From Octopus sinensis (taxonomy: Eukaryota): a stretch of DNA of 64,000 nucleotides. Position 1 is the first letter of the stretch. Each line of letters opens with the position of its first letter. This document shows, in pieces, positions 12,728 through 24,949 of this stretch. The position numbers and the translations under genes were made by a program. The notes under the pieces were generated by a model. It did not search any database, had not been told where the DNA came from, and worked only from the letters and a program-made list of their open reading frames with translations. Location of the stretch: positions 2,790,001 to 2,854,000 of the forward strand of contig NC_043003.1 in assembly GCF_006345805.1 (NCBI RefSeq). The letters are read 5' to 3'.

Positions 12728-13230
12728 GTGGCCCAAGGTTTCATTATGTCTGCACAATCTTTTTGCAGTAAATTAATGTTTCTCTCTGTTCTGCTGGCCG
12801 TTGCCTTTGCAGTTTCTCTCAACTTCATTTCTCTCTTTTTCTTTCTTTCTCTCTCTTCTTCTTCTTTCTCTCACTCAGTAATTAATCGACGGTTCTTTGT
12901 TGTAGTTTGTCTTCTTCCCCCCACCCCACCACTTTCTGTGTCTTTCTCTTTCAAGTCCTCCCCCTTCTCCTCTCAATCACAACTCCCTCAATGCCAGTTG
13001 GAAATGTTTCAACAGAAAACGCATTAGTTTTCTATTTACTTTGATAAGAGAACATCGTCATGAATTGATTCCAGCCAAGTAATTACTTACACACACACAC
13101 ACACACACGTGTGTGTGTGTGTGTGTGTGTATGCATGTGCATAAGTGTGTGCAGTGTATATTGAATTTGTATATTTTGTGACACAAAAACAAAAAGGCTC
13201 AAAACCCTTCTGCTTGAAGTTCATGGAACC

Positions 13231-13286
<56 letters not shown>

Positions 13287-13410
13287 CCATCTATGGATCA
13301 TAGTTAATGTAAATACATCATCAGTGAAAGGCAAATCGACTGCTGTATTCATCTCTTAGAACAAGCAGTATTTTTAAATACAGCACATTCACATCTCATC
13401 AACTATGATA

Positions 13411-16400
13411 CACAGATAGCTATTTTAACCACAGATGGCTATTTTAACCACAGATGGCTATTTTAACCACAGATGGCTATTTTAACCACAGATGGCTATT
13501 TTAACCACAGATAGCTATTTTAACCACAGATGGCTATTTTAACCACAGATGGCTATTTTAACCACAGATGGCTATTTTAACCACAGATGGCTATTTTAAC
13601 CACAGATGGCTATTTTAACCACAGATGGCTATTTTAACCACAGATAGCTATTTTAACCACAGATGGCTATTTTAACCACAGATAGCTATTTTAACCACAG
13701 ATGGCTATTTTAACCACAGATGGCTATTTTAACCACAGATGGCTATTTTAACCACAGATGGCTATTTTAACCACAGATGGCTATTTTAACCACAGATGGC
13801 TATTTTTACCACAGATAGCTATTTTAACCACAGATGGCTATTTTAACCACAGATGGCTATTTTAACCATAGATGGCTATTTTAACCACAGATGGCTATTT
13901 TAACCATAGATAGCTATTTTAACCACAGATGGCTATTTTAACCATAGATAGCTATTTTAACCACAGATAGCTATTTTAACCACAGATGGCTATTTTAACC
14001 ACAGATGGCTATTTTAACCACAGATGGCTATTTTAACCATAGATGGCTATTTTAACCATAGATGGCTATTTTAACCATAGATGGCTATTTTAACCACAGA
14101 TGGCTATTTTAACCATAGATAGCTATTTTAACCACAGATGGCTATTTTAACCATAGATAGCTATTTTAACCACAGATAGCTATTTTAACCACAGATGGCT
14201 ATTTTAACCATAGATGGCTATTTTAACCATAGATGGCTATTTTAACCATAGATGGCTATTTTAACCACAGATGGCTATTTTAACCATAGATAGCTATTTT
14301 AACCACAGATGGCTATTTTAACCATAGATGGCTATTTTAACCATAGATAGCTATTTTAACCACAGATGGCTATTTTAACCATAGATAGCTATTTTAACCA
14401 TAGATGGCTATTTTAACCATAGATGGCTATTTTAACCATAGATAGCTATTTTAACCACAGATGGCTATTTTAACCATAGATAGCTATTTTAACCATAGAT
14501 GGCTATTTTAACCATAGATAGCTATTTTAACCACAGATGGCTATTTTAACCATAGATGGCTATTTTAACCATAGATGGCTATTTTAACCACAGATGGCTA
14601 TTTTAACCACAGATGGCTATTTTAACCATAGATAGCTATTTTAACCACAGATGGCTATTTTAACCATAGATGGCTATTTTAACCATAGATGGCTATTTTA
14701 ACCACAGATGGCTATTTTAACCATAGATAGCTATTTTAACCATAGATGGCTATTTTAACCATAGATGGCTATTTTAACCATAGATAGCTATTTTAACCAC
14801 AGATGGCTATTTTAACCATAGATAGCTATTTTAACCATAGATGGCTATTTTAACCATAGATAGCTATTTTAACCACAGATGGCTATTTTAACCATAGATG
14901 GCTATTTTAACCATAGATGGCTATTTTAACCATAGATGGCTATTTTAACCATAGATGGCTATTTTAACCATAGATAGCTATTTTAAACACAGATGGCTAT
15001 TTTAACCATAGATGGCTATTTTAACCATAGATGGCTATTTTAACCACAGATGGCTATTTTAACCACAGATGGCTATTTTAACCATAGATAGCTATTTTAA
15101 CCACAGATGGCTATTTTAACCATAGATGGCTATTTTAACCATAGATGGCTATTTTAACCACAGATGGCTATTTTAACCATAGATAGCTATTTTAACCATA
15201 GATGGCTATTTTAACCATAGATGGCTATTTTAACCATAGATAGCTATTTTAACCACAGATGGCTATTTTAACCATAGATAGCTATTTTAACCATAGATGG
15301 CTATTTTAACCATAGATAGCTATTTTAACCACAGATGGCTATTTTAACCACAGATGGCTATTTTAACCATAGATGGCTATTTTAACCATAGATGGCTATT
15401 TTAACCATAGATGGCTATTTTAACCATAGATAGCTATTTTAACCACAGATGGCTATTTTAACCATAGATAGCTATTTTAACCATAGATGGCTATTTTAAC
15501 CATAGATGGCTATTTTAACCATAGATAGCTATTTTAACCACAGATGGCTATTTTAACCATAGATAGCTATTTTAACCATAGATGGCTATTTTAACCATAG
15601 ATGGCTATTTTAACCATAGATAGCTATTTTAACCACAGATGGCTATTTTAACCATAGATAGCTATTTTAACCATAGATGGCTATTTTAACCATAGATAGC
15701 TATTTTAACCATAGATGGCTATTTTAACCATAGATAGCTATTTTAACCATAGATGGCTATTTTAACCATAGATAGCTATTTTAACCACAGATGGCTATTT
15801 TAACCATAGATGGCTATTTTAACCATAGATGGCTATTTTAACCACAGATAGCTATTTTAACCATAGATAGCTATTTTAACCACAGATGGCTATTTTAACC
15901 ATAGATGGCTATTTTAACCACAGATAGCTATTTTAACCATAGATAGCTATTTTAACCATAGATAGCTATTTTAACCATAGATGGCTATTTTAACCATAGA
16001 TGGCTATTTTAACCATAGATGGCTGTTTTAACCATAGATGGCTATTTTAACCACAGATAGCTATTTTAACCATAGATAGCTATTTTAACCACAGATGGCT
16101 ATTTTAACCATAGATGGCTATTTTAACCACAGATAGCTATTTTAACCATAGATAGCTATTTTAACCATAGATAGCTATTTTAACCGTAGATGGCTATTTT
16201 AACCACAGATGGCTATTTTAACCATAGATGGCTATTTTAACCATAGATAGCTATTTTAACCATAGATGGCTATTTTAACCATAGATGGCTATTTTAACCA
16301 CAGATAGCTATTTTAACCATAGATAGCTATTTTAACCACAGATGGCTATTTTAACCATAGATGGCTATTTTAACCACAGATGGCTATTTTAACCATAGAT

Positions 16401-18157
16401 GGCTATTTTAACCACAGATAGCTATTTTAACCATAGATGGCTATTTTAACCATAGATAGCTATTTTAACCATAGATAGCTATTTTAACCATAGATGGCTA
16501 TTTTAACCATAGATGGCTATTTTAACCACAGATAGCTATTTTAACCATAGATAGCTATTTTAACCATAGATGGCTATTTTAACCATAGATAGCTATTTTA
16601 ACCACAGATGGCTATTTTAACCATAGATGGCTATTTTAACCACAGATAGCTATTTTAACCACAGATGGCTATTTTAACCATAGATGGCTATTTTAACCAT
16701 AGATAGCTATTTTAACCATAGATGGCTATTTTAACCATAGATGGCTATTTTAACCACAGATAGCTATTTTAACCATAGATAGCTATTTTAACCACAGATG
16801 GCTATTTTAACCATAGATGGCTATTTTAACCACAGATGGCTATTTTAACCATAGATAGCTATTTTAACCACAGATGGCTATTTTAACCATAGATGGCTAT
16901 TTTAACCATAGATAGCTATTTTAACCATAGATAGCTATTTTAACCATAGATGGCTATTTTAACCACAGATGGCTATTTTAACCATAGATGGCTATTTTAA
17001 CCATAGATAGCTATTTTAACCATAGATGGCTATTTTAACCATAGATGGCTATTTTAACCACAGATAGCTATTTTAACCATAGATAGCTATTTTAACCACA
17101 GATGGCTATTTTACCATAGATGGCTATTTTAACACAGATGGCTATTTTACCATAGATGGCTATTTTAACCATAGATGGCTATTTTAACCACAGATGGCTA
17201 TTTTAACCACAGATAGCTATTTTAACCATAGATAGCTATTTTAACCACAGATGGCTATTTTAACCATAGATGGCTATTTTAACCACAGATAGCTATTTTA
17301 ACCATAGATAGCTATTTTAACCACAGATGGCTATTTTAACCATAGATGGCTATTTTAACCACAGATAGCTATTTTAACCATAGATAGCTATTTTAACCAT
17401 AGATAGCTATTTTAACCACAGATGGCTATTTTAACCATAGATGGCTATTTTAACCACAGATAGCTATTTTAACCATAGATAGCTATTTTAACCACAGATG
17501 GCTATTTTAACCATAGATGGCTATTTTAACCACAGATAGCTATTTTAACCATAGATAGCTATTTTAACCATAGATGGCTATTTTAACCATAGATGGCTAT
17601 TTTAACCACAGATAGCTATTTTAACCATAGATAGCTATTTTAACCACAGATGGCTATTTTAACCATAGATGGCTATTTTAACCACAGATAGCTATTTTAA
17701 CCATAGATAGCTATTTTAACCACAGATGGCTATTTTAACCATAGATGGCTATTTTAACCACAGATAGCTATTTTAACCATAGATAGCTATTTTAACCATA
17801 GATAGCTATTTTAACCATAGATGGCTATTTTAACCACAGATGGCTATTTTAACCATAGATAGCTATTTTAACCATAGATAGCTATTTTAACCATAGATGG
17901 CTATTTTAACCACAGATGGCTATTTTAACCATAGATGGCTATTTTAACCACAGATAGCTATTTTAACCATAGATAGCTATTTTAACCACAGATGGCTATT
18001 TTAACCATAGATGGCTATTTTAACCACAGATAGCTATTTTAACCATAGATAGCTATTTTAACCACAGATGGCTATTTTAACCACAGACAGTTATTTTAAC
18101 CACAGATGGCTGTTTTAACCACAAATGGCTATCTTAACCACAGATGACTATTTTAAC
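13411..18157. repeat. 19-bp minisatellite array, ~250 copies, consensus CA(C/T)AGAT(G/A)GCTATTTTAAC
   Basis: Uninterrupted 19-nt period over about 4.75 kb; variation almost confined to two positions; terminal units degenerate at 18085-18157. Confidence 0.98.
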
Positions 18158-18189
18158 TTAATTTTACTTCTATTGCATTTAATGGACTC

Positions 18190-18378
18190 TGTGTTAGTTA
18201 TTTAATTTTTTGGCTCAAAAAGTAAAAAGCAAGGCTATGTAGGGGGACATGGAGTTATGTACAGGGTGGTGTTCATGTAAAGAGTTCAGGCCACTTGAGG
18301 TCAAGGGAGACTTTGAACCGAGCGGTCGTCGGCATCTTCACCATCTCGTCTGGCAGCTTATTCCACGGATCCGCAACC
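18190..18378 (-). mobile_element. CR1-like LINE, short 3' end
   Basis: Closely matches 26535-26725 (atgtagggggacatggagtt...acagggtggtgttcatgtaaagagttcaggccacttgagg...ccacggatccgcaac). Confidence 0.85.
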
Positions 18379-18609
18379 TGTGTGTGTGTGGTGTGTGTAA
18401 TTCTTTTTAACTTGGGCAAAAAGCCAGCAATTCTGAGGGGAGGGGTAAGGTAATTCTACCAATCCCAGTATTCAACTGGTACTTTTTTCATCCACCCTGA
18501 AAGGATGAAAGACAAAGCTGACCTTGACAGCATTTGAACTTATAAAGTGAAGAACCAGAAGAAACACACACGTGATTACAGTTGATGTAGAAAGATAAAC
18601 CTGGCAAGC

Positions 18610-19077
18610 AGTTGCATGCTAGCATGGGCTGGACAGTTTGACGAGGGCTGGTCAGCTGGAAGGCTGCACCAGACTCCAATCTGATTTGGCATGGTTTTCA
18701 ATGGCTGGATGCCCTTACCTGATGCCAACCACTCTGAGGGTGTAATGGGTGCTTTTATGTGCCACTGGCACAGGTGCCAATTTGCATGACACCAGTATCT
18801 ACCACGACTGCAGTTTTGCTCGGCTTGATGGGTCTTCTTCTCAAGCACAGACATAATACCAAAAGTCTTGGTCATTCCTCATTGCCTCTATGAGGCCCAA
18901 CACTCAAAAGGTGCTTTTCATGTCCCACCGGCATCGGACACTTTGCCTCCATGAGGTCCAATGCTCAAAAGGTGCCTTTTATGTGCCACCAGCATTGGTG
19001 CCAGTTATATGACACCAGCATCAGCCACAACTATGATTTCACTTAGCTTGACGAGTCTTCTCAAGCACAGCATATCA

Positions 19078-19145
<68 letters not shown>

Positions 19146-20097
19146 TCATCATCATCATTGTTTAAGGTCCATTTTCCATGTTAGCATGGGTTGGATGGTT
19201 CCACCAGGGTCTGAGAAGCCAGGAGGCTGCACCAGGCTCCAGTCTGATCTGGCAGTGTTTCTACAGCTGGATGCCCTTCTTAACGCCAACCACTCCGTGA
19301 GTGCAGTGGGTGCTTATGTGCCACCGGCACAGGAGCCAGAGCAGGCTGGCAATGACCACGATCGGTTGGTGCTTTTTACGTGCCACTGGCACGGACACCA
19401 GTCAAGATGGCACTGGCATTGGCCACGTTCAGATGGTGCTTTTTACATACCACCAGCACGAGTATGACAACTACAATTTCCATTTGATTTTTATTTTGAT
19501 GTTGATGTACTTGACTCAACAGGTCTCCTCAAGCACAGCAGGTCACCCTACGACCCAAGGTAAGCACAGCAGGCCAGCCTGTGAGCCATGAACTCACTTC
19601 ATTTGTCGGGTCTTCACAGTCACATCATATCTTCAGAGGTCTCGGTCTTTCGTCATTGCCTCTATGAGACCCAATGTTCGAAGGTCATGCTTGACCACCT
19701 CATCCCATGTCTTCCTGGGTCTACCTCTACCCCAGATTCCTTCAACTGTTTGGGAGTGGCACTTCTTCACACATCTCTCTTCATCCAACCATAGTACATG
19801 ACCATATATATATATATATATATATCATCATCATCATCATCATTTAGCGTCCGCTTTCCATGCTAGCATGGGTTGGACGGTTCAACTGGGGTCTGGGAAG
19901 CCAGAAGGCTGCACCAGGCCCAGTCTGATCTGGCAGTGTTTCTATGGCTGGATGCCCTTCCTAATGCCAACCACTCCATGAGTGTAGTGGGTGCTTTTTA
20001 CGTGCCACTGGCACAGGGGCCAGACGGGGCTGGCAAACGGCCACGGACAGATGGTGCTTTTTACGTGCCACCGACACGGAGGCCAGTCGGGGCGGCA
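18610..20097 (-). mobile_element. Cluster of three family C elements (~18610-19080, 19140-19800, 19822-20097)
   Basis: Three reverse cores, the second and third beginning at (CAT)n tracts. Confidence 0.85.
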
Positions 20098-20624
20098 TAT
20101 ATATATATATATATATAATATATATATATATATATTATGTTAGTTGGTTCATTGGTTGACTTCCCACTTTGCATTGTAAAGAGAAAGAGAGAGAGAGAGG
20201 AGACAAGTGGACATACTAGACTTGGTTGCAGTCAATGAATAAAAGAATGCCCCCCTCCCCACACACACAATGAAAAAGAAAGAATCGCTGAGACAGACGG
20301 GGAGGAGAAGTAAATTACAGAATAGTTGGCTGTAACTGAAAAAGGCTCTGCAATCGTCGATATTTATTGTAATGAATATTCCTGCTTTTCAAACGAGTTG
20401 TTCATTAGCTGAATAAATTCTTTTGCCTTAATCACTGGGGTATTCGTTAAGTTAAGAATTTATGGCAATTGCTTCAATAATATTAATTAATACACTTTTG
20501 CTACTGTGTGCATTATCAGGAAATATAGCGTACATACAATATTTATGATTTATCTTTTATGAAATTACCCATGTTGGTAGAAGTTTACTTTCAAAGTAAC
20601 ACTCTAGTACGTATGGGTGTGTGT

Positions 20625-21165
20625 GTGGCACTCCGTCGGTTATGATGATGAGGGTTCCAGTTGATCCGATCAACGGAACAGCCTGCTCATGAAATTAACA
20701 TGCAAGTGGCTGAGCACTCCACAGACACACCTATTTCTTTACTACTCACAAGGGGCCAAACACAGAGAGAACAAACAAGGACAGACAAACAGATTAAGTC
20801 AATTATATCGACCCCAGTAACTGGTACTTAATTTATCAACCCCGAAAGGAAGAAAGGCAGAGTCGAGCTCGGCTGAATTTGAACTCAGAACGTAACGGCA
20901 GACGAAATATGGCTACGCATTTCGCCCGGTGTTCTAACGTTTCTGCCAGCTCGCCACTCCACAGACACACTTACCATTAATGTAGTTCTCAAGTAGATTC
21001 AGTGTGACACAGAATGCGACGAGGCTGGCCCCTTTCAATTACTGGTACAACTCATTTTTGCCGGCTTGAAGCAAGGTGAAATAAAGTGTCTTGCATCGCC
21101 GGGAATTGAACCCACAACCTTATGATCATGAGCCAAATACCCTAACCACCGAACCATGTGCCTTC
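20625..21165 (-). mobile_element. Family D SINE interrupted by a family B SINE
   Basis: Reverse match to 6018-6440; head at about 21100-21165. Confidence 0.7.
20731..20954 (-). mobile_element. Full-length family B SINE with a 16-bp target-site duplication
   Basis: cactccacagacacac at 20715-20730 and 20955-20970. Confidence 0.9.
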
Positions 21166-21269
21166 ACACACACACACACACACACACACGTGCAATCGTA
21201 CTTTCACCTCCTTCAATATTACACCCCACTTACTCGAGGGGATCTTGTTTTGCACATACAGGGGGACAT

Positions 21270-21490
21270 CACTAGTGCAGGAGCCATGAAAAAAAGCACC
21301 CATTACACTCTGTAAAGTGGTTGGCATCAGGAAGGGCATCCAGCTGCGGAAACTATGCCGAAGCAGACATCGGAGCTTGGCACTGTCCTCTGGTTATCAC
21401 TTTCGGTTGGATTGTCCAGCCCATGCCAAAATGGGAAAAGGGACATTGATGATGATGACGACGACGACGATGATGGTGGTGGTGGTGGTG
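21270..21490 (+). mobile_element. Family C element, 3' part
   Basis: Core and (GAT)n tail. Confidence 0.75.
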
Positions 21491-22083
21491 GTGATATGTG
21501 TTTATATTTCTGCCGTATATAAGGTAAACAAGATAAGAAAGTTACATAACCAAAACTAAGATTTTGATCAGTTGCCCTTTTTTTTGGTTGATAGTAATCA
21601 CTCCGCTGACGTACACAGCCAGCCGAGGGAACAGAACTTGGATGTGGCTAAGTAATCGTCCTGATATATAACACACACACACACACACAGAGAAAGGTAT
21701 CTAATATTTTGGCTATAAAAGAGGAGGAAAGTTTGTGTTTTCAGGAAATAGTCCACTTAATGAAAATAAATCATTTAAACCCCAAAATTGTATTTAACAA
21801 ATCTGAACAACAAAATGAATTTAAGTACAATTGTTTTTATCACAGAATTACAATTGACACATCATTTTTTATCTTCCTTTGTAAAGAATAAGTTTCTGAT
21901 CTTTAATAAAAGCACGTAACTCTATAAGGATTAAAAGCAGCCACTAATCCCACAGTTATATCGAAAACTGCTAACCCCTTAATGGTTTTTAACAGAATAA
22001 TTTTGGCCACTCACTTTTAATTAACCCTTTTGATGGTTGGGTTTTCGTTCCATCTAATGTGACTCTGCTCAGAAGTCTGTAAA

Positions 22084-23146
22084 TGTTGTTATGGTAGGAA
22101 CCCAGTAATGGAACAAAGGTGACCTACATGCATCTGCGTGGGTTGCATGTTAGCTGTTAACCCTGATGAGGAAAACTCTTGAACAGCGATATGTTAGAAC
22201 CAGTGCAATGTGTTGGTGCTGTGTAGATGTTGTTGATGACGTGGGTGAGAGACATCATGGTAACAACGAAGATGGTGGTCGCTGTAATGTGGTCAGTGGT
22301 TAGACCTTAGAAGGTCTGGAACCAACAGACTAGACGGAGGTGAGTTTTTATAGCTGATGGTAGGCTCAAATGCAATTTAGAAAAGAATGGCTCACATGAT
22401 TTATTTGGAGACTGTGGTTGGTTGGGTTGCATATTGGCACGTGATAAAGAGACAAATTGTGACAATATCAACCAATCAGAGTTGTAGATACAACAGGGTC
22501 CAAAACAGCACCCAAAGGTTAGCTATTATCTGCTACATTCATATGTATTTATATACGAGGGTGGGTCAAAAAGTATTGCCATTTTGTTTAGGACAGGTAT
22601 AATTACCAACACAGGAACATGTATCATACATCAAAATGAAGCTGGTCCTCTGTGGATCACATCCCTACTTCTCAACATAGTCACCGTTTCTCTCAATAGC
22701 AATGTTCCACCTTCGAATGAGAGCATGTATCCCTGACCCGTAAAATTCTGTTGACTGTTCTTTGAGCCACTTCTTCACTACCTCCACACTCACCAGATTT
22801 AGCGCCTTCAGACTATCATCTCTTCAGCACCATGAAAGAGGGTTTGAGAGGCAAACATTATTCCAGTGACAAGGAAGTGGAAACTGTAGTGAAGAAGTGG
22901 CTCAAAGAACAGTCAACAGAATTTTACGGGTCAGGGATACATGCTCTCATTCGAAGGTGGAACATTGCTATTGAGAGAAACGGTGACTATGTTGAGAAGT
23001 AGGGATGTGATCCACAAAGGACCAGCTTCATTTTGATGTATGATACATGTTCCTGTGTTGGTAATTATACCTGTCCTAAACAAAATGACATTACTTTTTG
23101 ACCCACCCTCGTATAATAGAGAGGAAGTTCACTACAGTTCGCTACA
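22084..23146 (-). mobile_element. Solo-LTR-like element (diverged copy) hosting the mariner foldback; left boundary uncertain
   Basis: Minus-strand start TGTAGC...GTGAACTTCCTCTCT at 23146, CCAATCAG near 22473, reverse TATAAAAA near 22345, ggtcagtg..tagac block shared with 42819-44834 and 46020-47248. Confidence 0.5.
22556..23111 (+). mobile_element. Mariner-derived foldback element (two 3' ends, 226-bp arms, TA TSD)
   Basis: TA|CGAGGGTGGGTCAAAAAGT ... ACTTTTTGACCCACCCTCG|TA; arms 22556-22781 and 22886-23111 differ at 3 positions; 22781-23002 encodes PPHSPDLAPSDYHLFSTMKEGLRGKHY...RRWNIAIERNGDYVEK*. Confidence 0.93.
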
Positions 23147-23734
23147 ACCCCATTGTCAGTTCTAATTGCATTAGAAATTAGTTCAATACCCTTTTCAACT
23201 CCCTTACCAGCATCACCATTAACCTGGGGTCTTTCCAATGTGCTCCTATTCTTTCCTACATCAGTCAAGTTTCTTATTGGTTTCATTTGGTCAGCAGGGA
23301 CCAAAACAATTTCCTTACACTATTTAGTAATTAGGGCAATGTTTATTCATGTCATTACCATAATAAAGATAATATTCTTGAAATCACAAGTGCTTTCATT
23401 ATAGAGCGGTACTTTATTCTCAGCTGCGTTATTGGCTTCAAATTTTGGCAGAAGGCCAACAATTTCGGGGATGTGAGTAAGCCAATTACATCGATTCCAA
23501 AAGGGCACACGGCAAAGACAACCTTGACTTGCCACCTTCTCAACTGTGTAGTTAACCATCATTACACACAGACCAAGCTTTTAAACTGAATGAGGTAACA
23601 CACAATAAATTATGGTTTATACTAAAAAGAGGAAATCACAACTACCTCAAAGTTAGGGAAAAAGCCTTTTTATCTATATTTTATAGGTATCACCAATTTG
23701 TCTGTTTCTATTTTGATAGTAAGGTAAAGTTAAC

Positions 23735-23985
23735 AAACTCTGCAAGCACCATTCAAGTGTGGTCGATGCCAGTACTGCCTGACTGGCCCTTGTGCCGGTG
23801 GCATGTAAAAAATACCCACTACACTCTCAGAGTGGTTGGCGTTAGGAAGGGCATCCAGTTGTAGAAACTCTGCCAGTTCAGATTGGAGCCTGGTGCAGCT
23901 TACTGGCTTGCCAACCCTTAGTCAAACTGTCCAACCCATGCCAGCATGGAAAGCAGACGTTAAACAATGATGATGATGATGATGA
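23735..23985 (+). mobile_element. Family C element
   Basis: Core and (GAT)n tail. Confidence 0.85.
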
Positions 23986-23999
23986 TAACATTACTATCC

Positions 24000-24330
24000 G
24001 TCCATTTCTACCCACTGTTCCTAGAAGGATCATGAAGGTAGAGTCCTTAGACACCTCCTCCACAGAATCCTATCAGAAGCAACCACTATTACACTTTCCG
24101 TTTGGATTCCTAAGCATGACCAACTGAGTCTACGGACATTATCCATCCTGTTGTTGCTCTGCCCTGGGTCTCCTGCTGGTTGGCTCAGCCAGAAGAATCC
24201 ATTTTGTGATTCCTTTCTGTGACATTCTAATCACACGTGTGATCACATGGCTGTCATAAAATTCACAAGCATCGTCTGGCATTCAAAGAATTTATGAAAG
24301 AAAATCCAACTTTGTTATTGGAGCTCATCC
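24000..24330 (-). mobile_element. Degenerate RTE-like LINE 3' end
   Basis: Frameshifted translation gives ILLAEPTSRRPR and DNVRRLSWSCLGIQTESVIVVASDRILWRRCL, resembling the RTE R.RGRP..RW.D...DR..WR motif. Confidence 0.55.
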
Positions 24331-24719
24331 GCTTGAAACATGGAATGATATCAACCAATAGCAAAAAAATATCCAACATTAGTCATGTGTCTACAGGAAT
24401 TACCAAGTGTGATGGCATATAAGATACACTTTGAAAAGAAAATCCCCCTGGGTAGTGCAGTATGCATGGCTGGACCTCCCGTTAGCTAAGCCTGTCCCTG
24501 ATGCTCACTTTTCCTGCATAAACACTGTTGAAATTGCAGTGCATCTTCTATGCCATCAAATATGGTGTCCCTTCCTTTGTACAAAAACCCTTCTTGATCA
24601 AATCATGGCAGCCATTGTAATTATGTCCCTGTTGGTTGTACGTCAGCAAGCAAAGGGCTTTAAGGGCTTTAGTTGAAGCATGACCAGAAGTGATACATTT
24701 CACCTGAGCTCTCAGTATA

Positions 24720-24935
24720 TTCTTTTCTACTCTAGGCACAAGGCTCGAAATATTTGGGGGAGGGGGCCAGTCAATTAGAGTGACCCTAGTATGCAACTGG
24801 TACTTAATTTATTGACCCCAAAAGGATGAAAGATAAAGTCAACCTCGGCGGAATTTGAACTCACAGCGTAAAGACAAATGAAATACCACTATGTATTTCA
24901 CCCGGCATGCTAATGTTTCCGCCAGCTCCCTGTCT
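24720..24935 (-). mobile_element. Family B SINE
   Basis: Reverse family B head and body. Confidence 0.85.
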
Positions 24936-24949
24936 TTAGCTCTCAGTAT

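Noticed and set aside
12704-13027. Signal-peptide-like plus ORF and coiled-coil-like minus frame
   Set aside because: Derived from a CT/GA-rich low-complexity tract; the minus frame has in-frame stops and no splice sites fitting PARS2
13411-18157. CRISPR-like array
   Set aside because: Units are contiguous with no unique spacers, there are no cas genes, and the context is a eukaryotic intron
13411-18157. MEF2 site in each unit (CTATTTTAAC)
   Set aside because: One base short of the YTA(W)4TAR consensus on either strand
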